DNA of 63,998 nt, filler included, from Neoconidiobolus thromboides FSU 785 (lineage: Eukaryota > Fungi > Entomophthoromycota): the NCBI GenBank assembly GCA_025603075.1. It is 6 parts of 6 records of this genome, joined end to end, with 100 filler letters (N's around TTAATTAATTAA, not from the genome) between each part and the next. Parts side by side here need not be neighbours in the genome. Positions count along the whole stretch, not along the records: positions 49,041 to 62,628 come from MU626614.1; positions 62,729 to 63,998 come from MU627005.1; 4 more parts are not named here. One strand, written 5' to 3'. A model generated the notes under the pieces. That model was not told where the DNA came from. It saw nothing but the letters and a program-made list of their open reading frames with translations, and ran no database searches. The translations under genes and the position numbers were made by a program. Positions 51,670 to 63,998 of this stretch are shown one piece after another (position 1 is the first letter of the stretch; each line of letters begins with the position of its first letter).

Positions 51670-52624
51670 AACAGAATTAATAATCTAACTGTTAATAAAC
51701 AAAAACGGATATAGTTTTTAAAAGTATAAAAGAAATAAAAGAAACGAAAATATTAAGTATTTTTTAACATTTACATTTTGTTAAACATAATAATAGATTA
51801 AACTATTATCCAGTATCTGATAAGCCAAAGAAATCTAGTATAATTTTAGTTAAAGTTATAGTTTATAAAAAATAGAAAAAGTAAAAGATCCAACCCCAGT
51901 TCATCTTACAAAAATAACAGAAAACTTAGAGTTTTAATATTCACTAAGCAAGTATAGTTTATAAACTTATTAAGCAGCTAAAAATCCATTAAGTTTTTGT
52001 ATCAGTAGTTATAAAATATCTATAAATATATTTCTTCTTATATAAAATAAATGTCAAAATGATTTTCTAGCTTGATTTTAATAAGTTTTTATATAAAAAG
52101 AAATATATCCAATTTTGTATCGCTATATAACAAAGTTTGATACATTAATTTAAGACTACAGTTATATTTTTAAAATTACAATGCTAAAAATTTGATTTTA
52201 TCATTAAAATAAGGACATAGTTTGTTGTTTGTTTCATTTTCCATTGAAGTGTTATTTGTAAATTAAACAATTACTAAAATTAGCTAATTCAATCAGTTTG
52301 GAACTTCATATGTATTTGTAAAGATAAAAAAAGCTGCTTAAAAATGTATAAACATTTATAAAAAAGGAAACCTAATTTATTTTGTATGAAAATTTAAAAA
52401 ATTGTTACAAGCATCCTAAAATAAAAACATATCAAAATATTACTAGTTTTAATTTTTTTAATAAAACAAAGTCCTGAGTAATTACTTTTTTAAGCAAAAG
52501 CAAGATTTCAAAGTACATTAATTTTTTTATAATTATAAATCATTTGAAAATTAAATGTATAGTATAATAAGTAATATTCGATACCAAGTTTTTATTATTA
52601 TCTTAGATTTTATTAAGAAGTTAC

Positions 52625-52731
52625 ATATAGGGATGTATTTTTATGTTTAAGAATTTCAGTGATGGTTTTTCCATTTAAATAACGCTTAAAAGATAGAAAA
52701 AGTGATGAAGCCAAAAAAAACACCCCCATAT
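52625..52731 (-). mobile_element. MITE family A copy
   Basis: Matches consensus. Confidence 0.85.
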
Positions 52732-53172
52732 GTTTTTAGCTAAACCCTTTTTATATAAAGTTTAAAAACCATATTCTATTTGCTATTTGACAATATTTTG
52801 GATTTAAATTGTGAATTTGTATTGACAGTTAGAGTTGACTTATTTTTCGATTAAGCTAAGCTGAACTAAGTTATACATCTATAGCATGTATTTTGTTTCA
52901 GTCTAACCTAATTTTAAAATTGACTTTACTGATAAAACTATTAATATCCATATCTTGTTCATTTTTACTTGGTTTGTTTATGTTTAATTAACAACATTTT
53001 ACATTTTATATTTATAATAATAAAAATAGTTCAATTACAAACAATAAAACTTTATTAAATTAATATTCTTGTTATTTACCTTTTTAAATTATTCTTTATT
53101 CAAATTAAACACGTTTAGCTATTTAGCACCAAAAATAATGTTTATAAGCTCAAAAGCCTTAAATTTAAATTG

Positions 53173-53262
53173 TATAGATGTGTTTTTTTTTGGCTTCATT
53201 ATTTTTCTATCTTTAGTGGAAAAATTATTAGAAAATTCTTAAACATGAAAATACATCCTCCT
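53173..53262 (+). mobile_element. MITE family A copy with central deletion
   Basis: Lacks the AGCGCT core segment. Confidence 0.65.
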
Positions 53263-54756
53263 CAATGTTTCTATGTGATCAAACAAAACTTTATTAATTT
53301 AATCAAGATTTCCTGAGTTTTGAAATAATATGTGTGTTTTTTAGTTATTCACGTTTTTTTAAAGTTATATTTTTAAAATAGCCCTGTAGTGGCTCCCAAT
53401 ATATAATAAAAGCGTTTTTGTCTACGAAACAAAAGGTTATTTTCTCTCATTTTTCAATTTAATTTTGATTTCAATTTTTAATTACTTTTTTATGGTAATT
53501 TGGTTTAAGACGATTGATATTTACCTTTCCACTTTTAAACTAAGTAAATCTGATACAGCTCTTAAATTAATCCAAAATTTAAATTTGATGGACCAAAAAT
53601 TTTATACTTGTAATTTTAGCTTTAGATAATAAGTCAATTTATTTAATAATTTCATTTTATCTAAATTCAAACTTTCACTTTATAAAGCTTATTCAACATA
53701 ATTTGTTACCGCATTTAAGTTTGATTTTAGTATCAACAATTTTTTTACATTTCACTCTAAAATAAGCTAGTATAAAGCAACTCCCCCACCTAATATCCAA
53801 GTTGGGTTAATATTGAGCTTTATATTGCACTTCTGTTTAAGTTAATTCAGGTTATAAAAATGATGAAACTGGTAACTTAGAAGCAGATCGAGAAAACTAT
53901 TCAATACTCTGAATATTTAAATTTATTCAAAAGAAGATATAAGCAAAAAACCATATACTTTTATTGTTTTTAAAGCAGTTAGCCACAGTTGATTATTATA
54001 TCGCTTTTCAGTTTACCTCCTAGATTTAAAAAATTCCTATACTTTTCAAATTGGAAAATAACTTAGAAAAATTTAATTTGGCTATTTTATTGTAAAGTTA
54101 ATCAAAAATTTTAATTGCTTATTAAAAATTCAGTAAAACAATTTCAAAATTTTCTTTAGTAATTTAGCAAAAGGACTGCTTTTTCTAGAATGTTTCTTTC
54201 TATCCTTCCGCCTCAGACAAAGTCCTCAAATCAAAGGTCATAAACCCAGCAGCAAGCCCTCTCCTCTTCCCCCAGTTAAGTAAAGTCAAAAATCACAAAA
54301 AGCTAGAGGTCGAAACTATATACAAAGCTCCCCCCCACTACCTTTCAATTTTATTTTATTTTTAAAGTGTTTTTTGAGGCTATGAATTTTACATTCTCCC
54401 CTTCCTGGTAAAGTATAATTAAGGAAATTTCTTTAAAGCTCTGGATGGATTTTTTTCCATAAGGACTAAAGGCTTTGTGACCAATATAAAGTTAGGGAGG
54501 GTCATGTATTTAGATTTTTTGGGGCTTTGATTTTATATATAACTATACTTTACTTTGGTTATTAAAAAAAACCAAGTTGGAAATCTTTATAGAATGTAGT
54601 TTTATGAGATTGGATAAGCACTTCATTATTTTCCTTGGATCCATCCACCTCAACTTTTGACATCCAAGCCGCCAACTTTTAAGCTAGGTAAAAAGCTGAG
54701 GGGTTCTACAGTTTAGCACGGTAACAAGATACTGTTAAATAAACCTTGAGTTTATC

Positions 54757-54869
54757 ATATGGGGGATGTTTTTTATTTCATCATCATCACTTTTTCCATT
54801 TTCAAGCGCTATTCATTTGAGGAGAAAGATTATTGGTAAAATTCTTAACAAAAAATACATCTTTTATAT
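54757..54869 (+). mobile_element. MITE family A copy
   Basis: Matches consensus. Confidence 0.75.
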
Positions 54870-55949
54870 TAATCTGCTTTTTATAAAAGAATGGCTTTTT
54901 TCCATTTTAAGAAATAATAGGGGGTGATTGGTTACTTATTTACATGTCAACATTCTCTAATTTTTTAATTAAGATATCTTCTTAAGGTAAGCTGTGAAGC
55001 CCCTGAGACCGAGACTTCTCATCTAACTTGTATTTGGATTATGTCAATTTTAAGACTTAAATCTTTTTCGAATCTAACTTCCTCTCCTGGTTCTGGGACT
55101 ACTGGTCTTCAAACTCAATTTTTTTAAATTTTGTTTTATCTATAATAAACAGTCAGCTGGGGTGGGTAAAGCCTCCTTGCCTAAATAGAGTGAATTTTAA
55201 AGAGTTAGATAGTTTCTTTAGCTGTTTTAGCTTGTGCATAAAGAAGGTAGGGAGGGGGGGTTATAACTCCTCTGAGCAGTTTGACCCAAGTTTAATAAGT
55301 CATTAAATAAATGCTAATTTCTTCAGGTTTTATCATTTTCCCTCTCCTCCTAAATCTTAATAAATATTGTAATTCGCTTTTATGAGAAAAGAAGTTATAA
55401 AATTTGAAACTTATGCACGAAAAAGAACATATAGATCGAGTTTTGTTATACAATGTTCAAATTTTCCATAATTTTTTTGGGAGGATCCACTCGAAACTTG
55501 AGAAACTTAAAATTTTTGGTTTAATTTATAAAATCTTTAAGCTGAAAGTTGAAGTGTGGTTGGGTATATCCTCTCTTCAAAAATACCCAAATCCAACTAA
55601 GTACTTTCCTTGTTGCTAATTTCCTCATTCAGAGTAGATTGTCTCCTATAAAACAAAAAACGAAACAAAAAAACAGGTCTAAACCACCTTACACTAATGC
55701 TTGAGATACTGTTCCTCTCAACAGACCATCAAAATCCCAAAGAAGTATGTAAGAGGATTGGTTTACGGTTTACTGTAATTTTCCAGAAAACCCCCCCTCT
55801 TCTCCCTTCTACTATTCAAAAAAATCAAAAAATACCTTTATTTAAACCCAGTTTTCTATTATACTAAGTTAGCCCCAGGATATAGGGCGAGCATTTTTGC
55901 TAGAAAACTTTTCAGAAGCTATTAATAAAGATCAAAGTGTTATAATAAA

Positions 55950-58690
55950 AAACTTGAAACAAACTTGGGTTACATCTTAGAAATAGCTAAGCCTCCTCTC
56001 TTTCAGCCAAAACCTCACTTTTCTAACCAAAAATGAACACTCTAAAAAAGTCTCTGAATATACTGAAAATAACCCTTGGTTAAAGAATGATAATGAATTA
56101 ATGGAATGGGGGTTGGAAAACAATTAAGCAAGAAGTAAACGATATTACTTTGGTTTATGTATTATTTTAGCTCCAAATTTGACATACTAATATACATAAT
56201 ATCTATATGTCCAAATAAAATGACTTAATTGTAATTGGGAGAGATGATGCAGTAACGATCCTAAAATCCTAAAAAATGAACAAACATTCTAAATCTCAAC
56301 ATTAATAAAATCAATAATAGAAAGCAACACAATTTTATACCAGATGATTATTGATACAAATTATATGCTTTTGTCTTAATAATAATAGAAACAGCATCAT
56401 CTCTAAAAAAATTGTAAAATTAAAATATGAATTTAAGAAAACATAGTCTATATCTACTATATCTTTATCTCATATGTTCCCCAAGTTAGCATAAATGGAG
56501 GTATATAAATAGCTATTATTTTTAACGATATTGGGATATATGATAATTTCAAAAACCGTATTTCAGGACTGTTATTTAGTTATCAATTTAATTTAAACTT
56601 ACAACCCATTTTATTAGTTAGTTTATACTTGCATCAACCTAATTATCAAACTTCTACAGAGTACTTATTATCGAAAGAACAAAGTATAGATTATTCAGAT
56701 AGTTTAATATAAGAGAGGATGCATTTTTGCGTTTAACAATTTTATTAACAATTTTTCCGCACAAATAGCGCCTAAAAAATGGTAAAAATGGTAAAAAGCC
56801 AAAAAAAAACATCCTTTAAAAAGGTATTTGAGATTAATTTTACACTGAGGATTTTGACCAAACAAATGAAATGAAATGAATAGCTTTAAACTACCACCTT
56901 TCTTTATTGCTGACCATATAAATCTTATTTTATTATTGGAATTTATGTATGAGAAAATACACATATCGCGCAAGATTATACTCACGCTATAGTTATAACA
57001 TAATTAATTGATCAAATCCTTTAGTAAACAAATAATACATGGATTGATAATCACTTTACAAATAGTACTTTAATGAAGAACAGGCAAGTAGTAAATAATG
57101 AACCATTTGGTAAATTGTTGAAACAATGAACTAAGGGATTATTAACAATGTTGTTATTAATGCGTTATGTCCCTCTGTTGTTAATTTAGGAGCTTTGGTT
57201 ATCAATTTAAGGAAATTTCCTAAAATAAAAAAAACCTCATTTTATTTATACTTTCCCCTCATTTATAAAGTTTTAGCCAATCTATTGTTTTACAACAGAA
57301 GTAGAAAAATACGTAAAACAATTATGTTTTGGTACATCTGTAGCTTTTAGTAGAATACTCTCAGCAGAATTCATTTGAAATTGAAAGTAAATTTACACTA
57401 GGAATTTTCGTGAAAACAAATAATTTATAAAATTATTGGTAAAGCCACAAAGCCGTATAGATTGATAAACAAAATCCACTATTTTTGGAATTATGTTGTT
57501 ATAAATCTAAATTATAAACCAAACCATCCGGACTGTATTAAGCGGAATACAACGAAAGTAATACATGTTTTAATGGCCTTATAAAAGAATGGTTTTAGCC
57601 AAAGGTTGAAATTGATCATTTCAATCAAAAAACTCCCAAAAAAAATCACCAGGGGGAGAGAATATCAGGAATTCAAACGAGTTTCGGAAAAAAGCACTCA
57701 AAACAATCTTAATGTCCATTTTGTCGAATTTAGTTTCAATCTAATATAAAAGATAGAAGCATCTTTCCAAATTCAATTTATAAAATTAGAAATCATACTA
57801 TACATACATGAAAGATAAAAATTAGTTAGATGTGTAACAATAATGCTTTAGATCAATAGCTTTATCAGAAACCCATTCAAAGTTATTGTTTTCAACTTTT
57901 AGTTAGTCAATATGATCTTAAAATATTTTGTTTTTGACAATCAAGATGGTTTTTATACAAACTTTGGTTTCACTAAACCTAAATCCAAAAACGTTTGTGA
58001 ACCAATTTTAATTTTATGATTGATAATAGAGATGCATTCAAATATCAAAGAAATCCCGTCATTGTTTTTTTTTTGCAGATGTTTCTAAGGTTATAATTCT
58101 GTAACTTGGGGGAAATCTTTAAGTGAAGCTTTAAAAGGCTCAACTTTCCAAAAGAATTTATTGATTTATTGACTTATTAAGTTACTTTGGACAAAAAAAT
58201 GGTAAAATTCAAAACTCACCTTCTATGACCAAATATCAAAATGAATAAACTCCAACATGAGTGGGGACTGCTGGAGAACCAGGGGGATTTTCACTATCTC
58301 TATTGTTGTGGATTATTTTTATTTGACCCATTATTAACTAAACTTGAAAGTATGGGGTTATGTACAAACTAGATTTGGTTTGTATAAACTACTTGGTAAC
58401 AACTGATGATATAGTCATTAATTGGCGAAAAACAGAAGTGTGGGAATAATTTTACAAGAACTTAAAAAGATAAAAAAAAAGGTACACCAGAAAACATGAA
58501 TTTAATTTTCAATTTGTAAAAAGTTATTCCAAATACATTAATATGTAACAAACATTCTAACCAAATACTATTATAGATAATTGGAATTACAAATCAATTC
58601 CAGCAAATAACGAAATGTTTAGATATCTGGGAAGCTGTTTTTTTCGAAATTAATAGCAATTTAGCATTCGAAAGAACTAACACATAAATA
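55950..58690 (+). mobile_element. Decayed non-LTR retrotransposon (LINE) ORF2
   Basis: Broken RT motifs in order: KSPG (~57645), GF...EPILIL (~57966), ADVSK/YNSVTW...LNFPKEFIDLL (~58075-58170), QGD/LSLLLWIIF/DPLLTKL (~58280-58345), TDD (~58402), FRYLG (~58618); weak endonuclease-like NIY/IVIG upstream; left boundary uncertain. Confidence 0.75.
56710..56816 (-). mobile_element. MITE family A copy nested in LINE relic
   Basis: Matches consensus. Confidence 0.7.
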
Positions 58691-58714
58691 TGCATTGTAC
58701 CTAGTAGATATACA

Positions 58715-58803
58715 ATATAGGGGGTGTTTTTTTTGGCTTTCATTACTTTTTCCATTTTTGAGTACTATTTAAGCGGAAAAATTGATAGTAAAATTCTTAA
58801 ACA
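58715..58803 (+). mobile_element. MITE family A partial copy
   Basis: 5' TIR and core present, 3' end missing. Confidence 0.7.
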
Positions 58804-59752
58804 TAATACTAACGTTATATGCCACCATAATTATCATAAACTGGTTAAATCATTTTAGAATGTGTGAATGAAGAATTTTTTACTTGGCTCATTAAACTTC
58901 TTACATCAAAGAATTTAGTAAAATTAAATAACAGGTTTTGAGCCATAGTATTAGCCCGTAAAGTAACAATTTTTAAGCTTAATAAAAAAGTAAAAAACCA
59001 TGAAAATCAAGTTTTAGAAAGAAGCTTAAATAATAAAAGCCTTTTGCTATCATACAATTTCATTTTAAATTAATAGCATTATAAACTGGCCATGTGTTAT
59101 TAATACTGAAATAACAGAGATTGTTGAAGAAACCTCCCAAGCTTTTAGCTAGAAATTAGAAATTAGAAATTAAAATAATATAATATAATATAGTTTGCAG
59201 ACCTTATATTTAAAAAAGTTATGCTATAAAAAGTGCTAAAATTAAGCTTTTAGTATTTATGTTTTAAAACTTCTGGAGAAATGTACTTTTATTGTATTTT
59301 TTAAGTCTTTAATAACTTTATTTTTTCATCTTTCATTTTATTTCTTTACACAGGAAACCCCCCCTTTTTTTTAAGATCATCCCCCTATTTTACTTTTACT
59401 AAAAACAAATGCTCTTGTTCTCATATAATACGATTAGTTAATCATTTATTAATAAGTTTAAAATACATCCAAAATCAGTAGTCATAAATATATCAAAATT
59501 AATCAATCATGTTAGCAATACCTTAACCTTACATCATCGTTACACGATAGCGTTTATGTGCTCTATACTACTGAACTGAAGGGTTCAATAAAAAATATTT
59601 ACTTAGCTTTACAATCCTTTTTAAACATACACTACATTTGCACCACCGGATAAATATAAATTAATAAGAATTAAGATTAAAAATCGACAAACTAATGAAT
59701 GCTATAGTTATGAAATTTTGGGCTATAATTTTTACTTTTTCTATATTAGTAT

Positions 59753-59822
59753 TTGATGATGTATCTCTTTTTTTATTTGAGAATTTTACTAACAGTTTTT
59801 CGACTCAAATAACACTTTAAGA
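59753..59822 (-). mobile_element. MITE family A partial copy
   Basis: Partial match to consensus. Confidence 0.55.
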
Positions 59823-59870
59823 AGCGGGAAGAAGTAGAAACAGGAACCAAGAAACGCCCCACAAATCATA

Positions 59871-59979
59871 ATATGGGGGGATGTATTTTCGTGTTTAAGA
59901 ATTTTACTAGCTAATTTTCCGCTTAAATAGCGCTTAAAAAATGGAAGAAATAATGAAGTTAAAAAAAACACTCCCATAT
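59871..59979 (-). mobile_element. MITE family A copy
   Basis: Matches consensus. Confidence 0.85.
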
Positions 59980-59997
59980 AATAATTAAAACTATGTT

Positions 59998-60109
59998 GAG
60001 TACTTTTAGTTTTCAATAAAGAATTTTATAGAATTTTAAGCAAAATTTTTAAGATATAAAATATTAACAATTGGATAAAAAAACGAAACTAATTCAGAAA
60101 TCCACATAT
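59998..60109 (-). mobile_element. Family B partial copy
   Basis: Reverse complement matches first ~110 bp of the 48622 arm. Confidence 0.6.
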
Positions 60110-60347
60110 ATAGTTTAGTTTAATACAGATGCTAGCCTGATTGCTTTATATAAATTATAGTTTGACTGTTTTAATAGTTTTATATTAAAAACCCAAATAA
60201 ATCTTGTTTTTAAATATAGACTAGTAGCTATTTATGTTTTAAAAACTTTTATATAACTAAGATGAGTTTAAATTTACAGAATAAGATATAAAAAGCTATA
60301 AATTATATACAAGTAAAATAAAAATATCATTACAGAATTTGTATAAA

Positions 60348-60430
60348 ATATGGAGATGTATTTCTGTATTTAAGTTTTACTAGGAATTTTTCCACTCAAA
60401 TAACGTTCAAAAAATGTAAAAAGTAAAAAA
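60348..60430 (-). mobile_element. MITE family A partial copy
   Basis: Partial match to consensus. Confidence 0.65.
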
Positions 60431-60448
60431 GCTGCTATAATTTTTATA

Positions 60449-60556
60449 ATATGAGGATGTTTTCTTGACTTCATTACTTTTTCTATTTTTTAAAAGCCCT
60501 ATTTGAGTGGAAAAATTGCAAGTAAAATTCTTAAACAAAGAAATACATCCCCATAT
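60449..60556 (+). mobile_element. MITE family A copy
   Basis: Matches consensus. Confidence 0.8.
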
Positions 60557-61077
60557 ATCATGAAAATTAGTAGCTTTATTAAAAGTGTAAAATATGAGGG
60601 AATAATTCGACTAAGAAGCCTTTAAGTTATTGTGTTAAAAACTCTACTTCATATTTTAATCAGATTACTATATATATGGAATAATGATAACAGTTATAAT
60701 ATTATTGTAGTTGGTAAATACAGATATTAAAATAAGAGAATATTTTTTGCAATTAGATGGTAAAAATTCCCACAGCAAATCAAAATGAGAGGTTTTAAGT
60801 TAATTATACTTATATACTATATAAAGAATAATTAATTATAATACTGCAATTAGTTTTATAGACAAATTAAATGATTATGTTATAGTTAACTATAAAGCTA
60901 AAAAAGTAATACTTCATACTGATCATTAGAAAACATTAAGCTAGTATAAAATCTGGTTTTGTTTATATTAATAAAGATAATTTAGTCAACTATAAATTAT
61001 ATCCATTGGACTATATCGTCTGATTTAAAAAACAGTATAGATTTAATTGTAATATTAACATTTATAAACTATTTTAA

Positions 61078-61179
61078 TATTGGTGATGTATTTTTGTGTT
61101 TAAGAATTTTACTAAGAGTTATTCTGCTCAAATAGCGCTTAGAAGATGGAAAAGTAATGAAATAAAAAATACCTCCCAT
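61078..61179 (-). mobile_element. MITE family A copy
   Basis: Matches consensus. Confidence 0.75.
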
Positions 61180-61254
61180 GTTAATTTAAATATTGCTAGA
61201 ATTTTAGCCAGTTTGATTAAATAAGTATCTGTTTTATAGAAAAGTTAATGATTA

Positions 61255-61691
61255 TGTGAAATATCGCTTTGTCAGCTCTATAATTGATTATAACATAACA
61301 AGGACTTAATTGTTGTGTTCTCGAATTCAGGCACAATCAATCCCGAGCTTTTATTTTGGCTTTCTATGAAAATTCTTGTCATACAATTCTGAAAGACACT
61401 ACCTCCCCACTTTAATACTCATACTTATTGAAGTATAAAGGAGATTCTTCAACATGATAACTCCAGGCTTTTTAGTTGAATTATTTCCTGATATTGTATA
61501 TTGTACCTTTAACAAAGTCACTAAATCTTTCTGGTAGTATTTTACATGGATTTTACAGTAGTATTGTCTATTCTATTCGTCTTACATACTCCGTAGCCTA
61601 TTGCATACTATCTATCCTTCATAACTCAACCCTATCTTAGTTACATGAACCAAGACCTTTTGAATCCAACCACTGAGTACTAGATTTCATA
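61255..61691 (+). mobile_element. Probable solo LTR, diverged full-length copy
   Basis: TGTGAAATATCGCTTTGTCAG start, ends AGATTTCATA; colinear with 49617 copy. Confidence 0.7.
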
Positions 61692-62224
61692 ATATAAAAA
61701 CTATTTATCGTTAATTTATACTTAATTTTTTTGTAAATCCACATAATAATATTTATAATGTTATTTAAATAATCAAAAATCAAAAATCAAGAATTTTGTT
61801 TACATAACCTAAAGAATTAAACTGAATTAAAAAAAATTGTATTAATTACATTGATAAAAGTTTAAATAATAATAATGTTTTCAATAATTTGCTATTGCTT
61901 ATCAACACTCTACCTATTTTAAAAAAATTCAAAATTTATGAGGGTTAAAACTATGCCAAATATAATTAAGTATAATTACATTACTATTAAGTGTTTTAAA
62001 TTTAAATATCCAAAGCAAACCTTATTAATTATGGTTACATAAATATAATTATTAATAAAAAATATATTTATATTATATCTAATAATAGCACTTTAAATGA
62101 TTTTAAGTTGCCTTATAAAATATCTATTATCTAAACCAGATATAAACTAAACATTTTGAAAACTGCTGGTATATGTACAGTTATGCTTTAAATGCTTATT
62201 TTTTATAAAACATAGCTATTAATT

Positions 62225-62328
62225 ATTTGGTGATGTGTTTTGTATTTAAGGATTTTCCTAATAATTTTTCCGCCTAAATAGCGCTTAAAAGATAGAAAAA
62301 GTGATGAAGTCAAAAAAAACATTCTCAT
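62225..62328 (-). mobile_element. MITE family A copy
   Basis: Matches consensus. Confidence 0.8.
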
Positions 62329-62522
62329 TTTATAACTTAAGTATTTTAAAAATATCGAGTTAAATATTTCTTATTTAAACAAAGCTTATAAGTAACCTAA
62401 AATCTTAGTATTATCACTAAAATCCTATACATTATACTGAAACCTCAAGTATTATTAAATATTGACATATTTAGTATTTAGACACTTGAAAGGTTTTGCT
62501 CATTTACTCATAATATAAATAA

Positions 62523-62628
62523 AATATGGGAGTGTTTTTTTTGATTTCATTATTTTCTCCATTTTTTAAGCCCTATTTAAGCGGAAAAATTCTTAGTAAA
62601 ATTCTTAAACACAAAAATACATCCCTAT
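62523..62628 (+). mobile_element. MITE family A copy ending at gap
   Basis: Matches consensus. Confidence 0.8.
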
Positions 62629-62728
62629 NNNNNNNNNNNNNNNNNNNNNNNNNNNNNNNNNNNNNNNNNNNNTTAATTAATTAANNNNNNNNNNNNNNNN
62701 NNNNNNNNNNNNNNNNNNNNNNNNNNNN

Positions 62729-63386
62729 ATGATGAACAATATGCTAGAATGTTTAACTTTTATGCAAACAACCTACTTATGATTATTTGTATGGTTTATT
62801 TACTGACAATTGTGATTTTAGTTACTGGTAAAATATACCAAGGATTAACTTTAATAAAAAAGCAAAAAGTGACGATAGACGCGACCCAATCGCCTGAAGC
62901 TATCAAAAATATCAAACTATTTGCTTCAAGAATGTAAATTTTACACTATTTTATTTAAGTACATTAAAATAGTATTTAGTTTGTTATATCCTATAATTAT
63001 GATCTTCACTCATCTCGGGTTAGTATTGACCAAATCGATTTATGATTTTGGTGGTAAGATTTCTCTAGGCGCAGATACATTTGCATATATTTCTGGGGGG
63101 CTTCTAGGAACACTTAATTTTATTGCGTTTCTTCTTGATCCAAGTGTGCATTTGGCATTTAAAACTATATATTACAGAATTGTTAAAAAACAGGAGATTA
63201 GTAAATCGGATTCAGATAAATCAAGTAAGATCAATCGATTTTGACTAATTAATATATTAATTTTTATTAGATTATAACGATGCTTTTGAGCTAAATGCAC
63301 TTGAAAATATCGAAAAGGAAGATTTTAACTTCAAAGCTGAAGGCCTCGGATCTATTCATTACTCTAAATTTATTAAAAGCTTATAA
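62729..63386 (+). CDS. 3' part of a 7-TM GPCR-like gene (5' end in gap; two introns)
   Basis: TM5-like segment, ASRI/LLYPII (TM6), GTLNFIAFLLDP (TM7); same pattern as the 22620 gene. Confidence 0.7.
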
Positions 63387-63869
63387 CAAAACTTATGATA
63401 GATTTTTTAGCTCTATTTTGTATATCAAATTGAGTTACAATTTATTCCAATATTGTCCTTGTTAAAGGTGAGATACAATGCTGTACTCCAAGAAAATATT
63501 TTACCCAATGAGAACGCTCAAATACAAAGCAGTTGCTATTACCATTGGCCTTAGCTCTTAAATTGTAATCACTCAATTCCTTGGTATAGAATATTATATA
63601 TCTAAACTTAGACCTTGTATTTAAAACTGTATTCTATTTAAAATACTCTGATTATAGAAAAATCAAAATTACAACACTTTGAATATTAATGTCAGATTAA
63701 ATATAATGTTAATTTACAATATGATTATAATATTTAGTTCTATGTAGTCACTTTATCTATAAAAACATAATAGACTACCTCATTAAATGTTTATCAAAAT
63801 TTTTATCAAGATTTTCTACTCCAATATCTTATTGTTCTCTTAATCTACTTATTAACAATTAAATACTAT

Positions 63870-63998
63870 TGTGAGATATCGCTTTGTCAGCCCCATGGTT
63901 AGCTATAGCATAACAATCGCCTAAGCTGTTGTGTTCTCGAGTTCAGAGAAAATCAACCCCACGTTCTTAGTTTGATTTGATATGAGAATTTCTATCTT
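63870..63998 (+). mobile_element. LTR-like element, 5' part (runs off window)
   Basis: TGTGAGATATCGCTTTGTCAGCCCCATGG...; matches other copies. Confidence 0.8.

Noticed and set aside
12855-62628. Short palindromic repeats as a CRISPR array or bacterial REP elements
   Set aside because: Eukaryotic locus; copies are dispersed, ~105 bp, in both orientations, with no regular unique spacers or cas genes

Overview
AT-rich, intron-containing eukaryotic DNA from a fungus. An early-diverging lineage such as Entomophthorales/Zoopagomycota is inferred from gene content and composition but not proven. The window is six contigs joined by five 100-nt N gaps carrying an artificial TTAATTAATTAA six-frame-stop linker, so adjacency across gaps is uncertain. 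Two compact housekeeping blocks are present. The first (0.6-21.5 kb) holds PEX2, an SCPx-type thiolase, an RFWD3-like E3, ATE1, a long-chain acyl-CoA synthetase, DBF4 and eIF3a. The second (33-42.3 kb) holds a SAK1/Ssp1-like kinase, TMA16, makorin, ARPC2, mitochondrial S13 and ESA1. They alternate with repeat-rich accessory DNA containing GPCR-like genes, a homeobox gene, an F-box/LRR gene with one internal stop, a secreted S1 protease, about 32 copies of a ~105-bp TA-flanked MITE-like element, a longer sister element, five copies of a ~450-bp LTR-like element and a decayed LINE. The most unusual observations are: (1) an S1 protease with a ~65-aa Gln/Glu-rich (PWWGG)-repeat insert between its catalytic His and Asp; (2) a MITE family with a symmetric dyad core; (3) inverted paralogous relics of an unrecognised gene bracketing the 30-43.6 kb contig, with stops that look like C-to-T decay. 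Exon boundaries were read by eye; all gene coordinates include introns.
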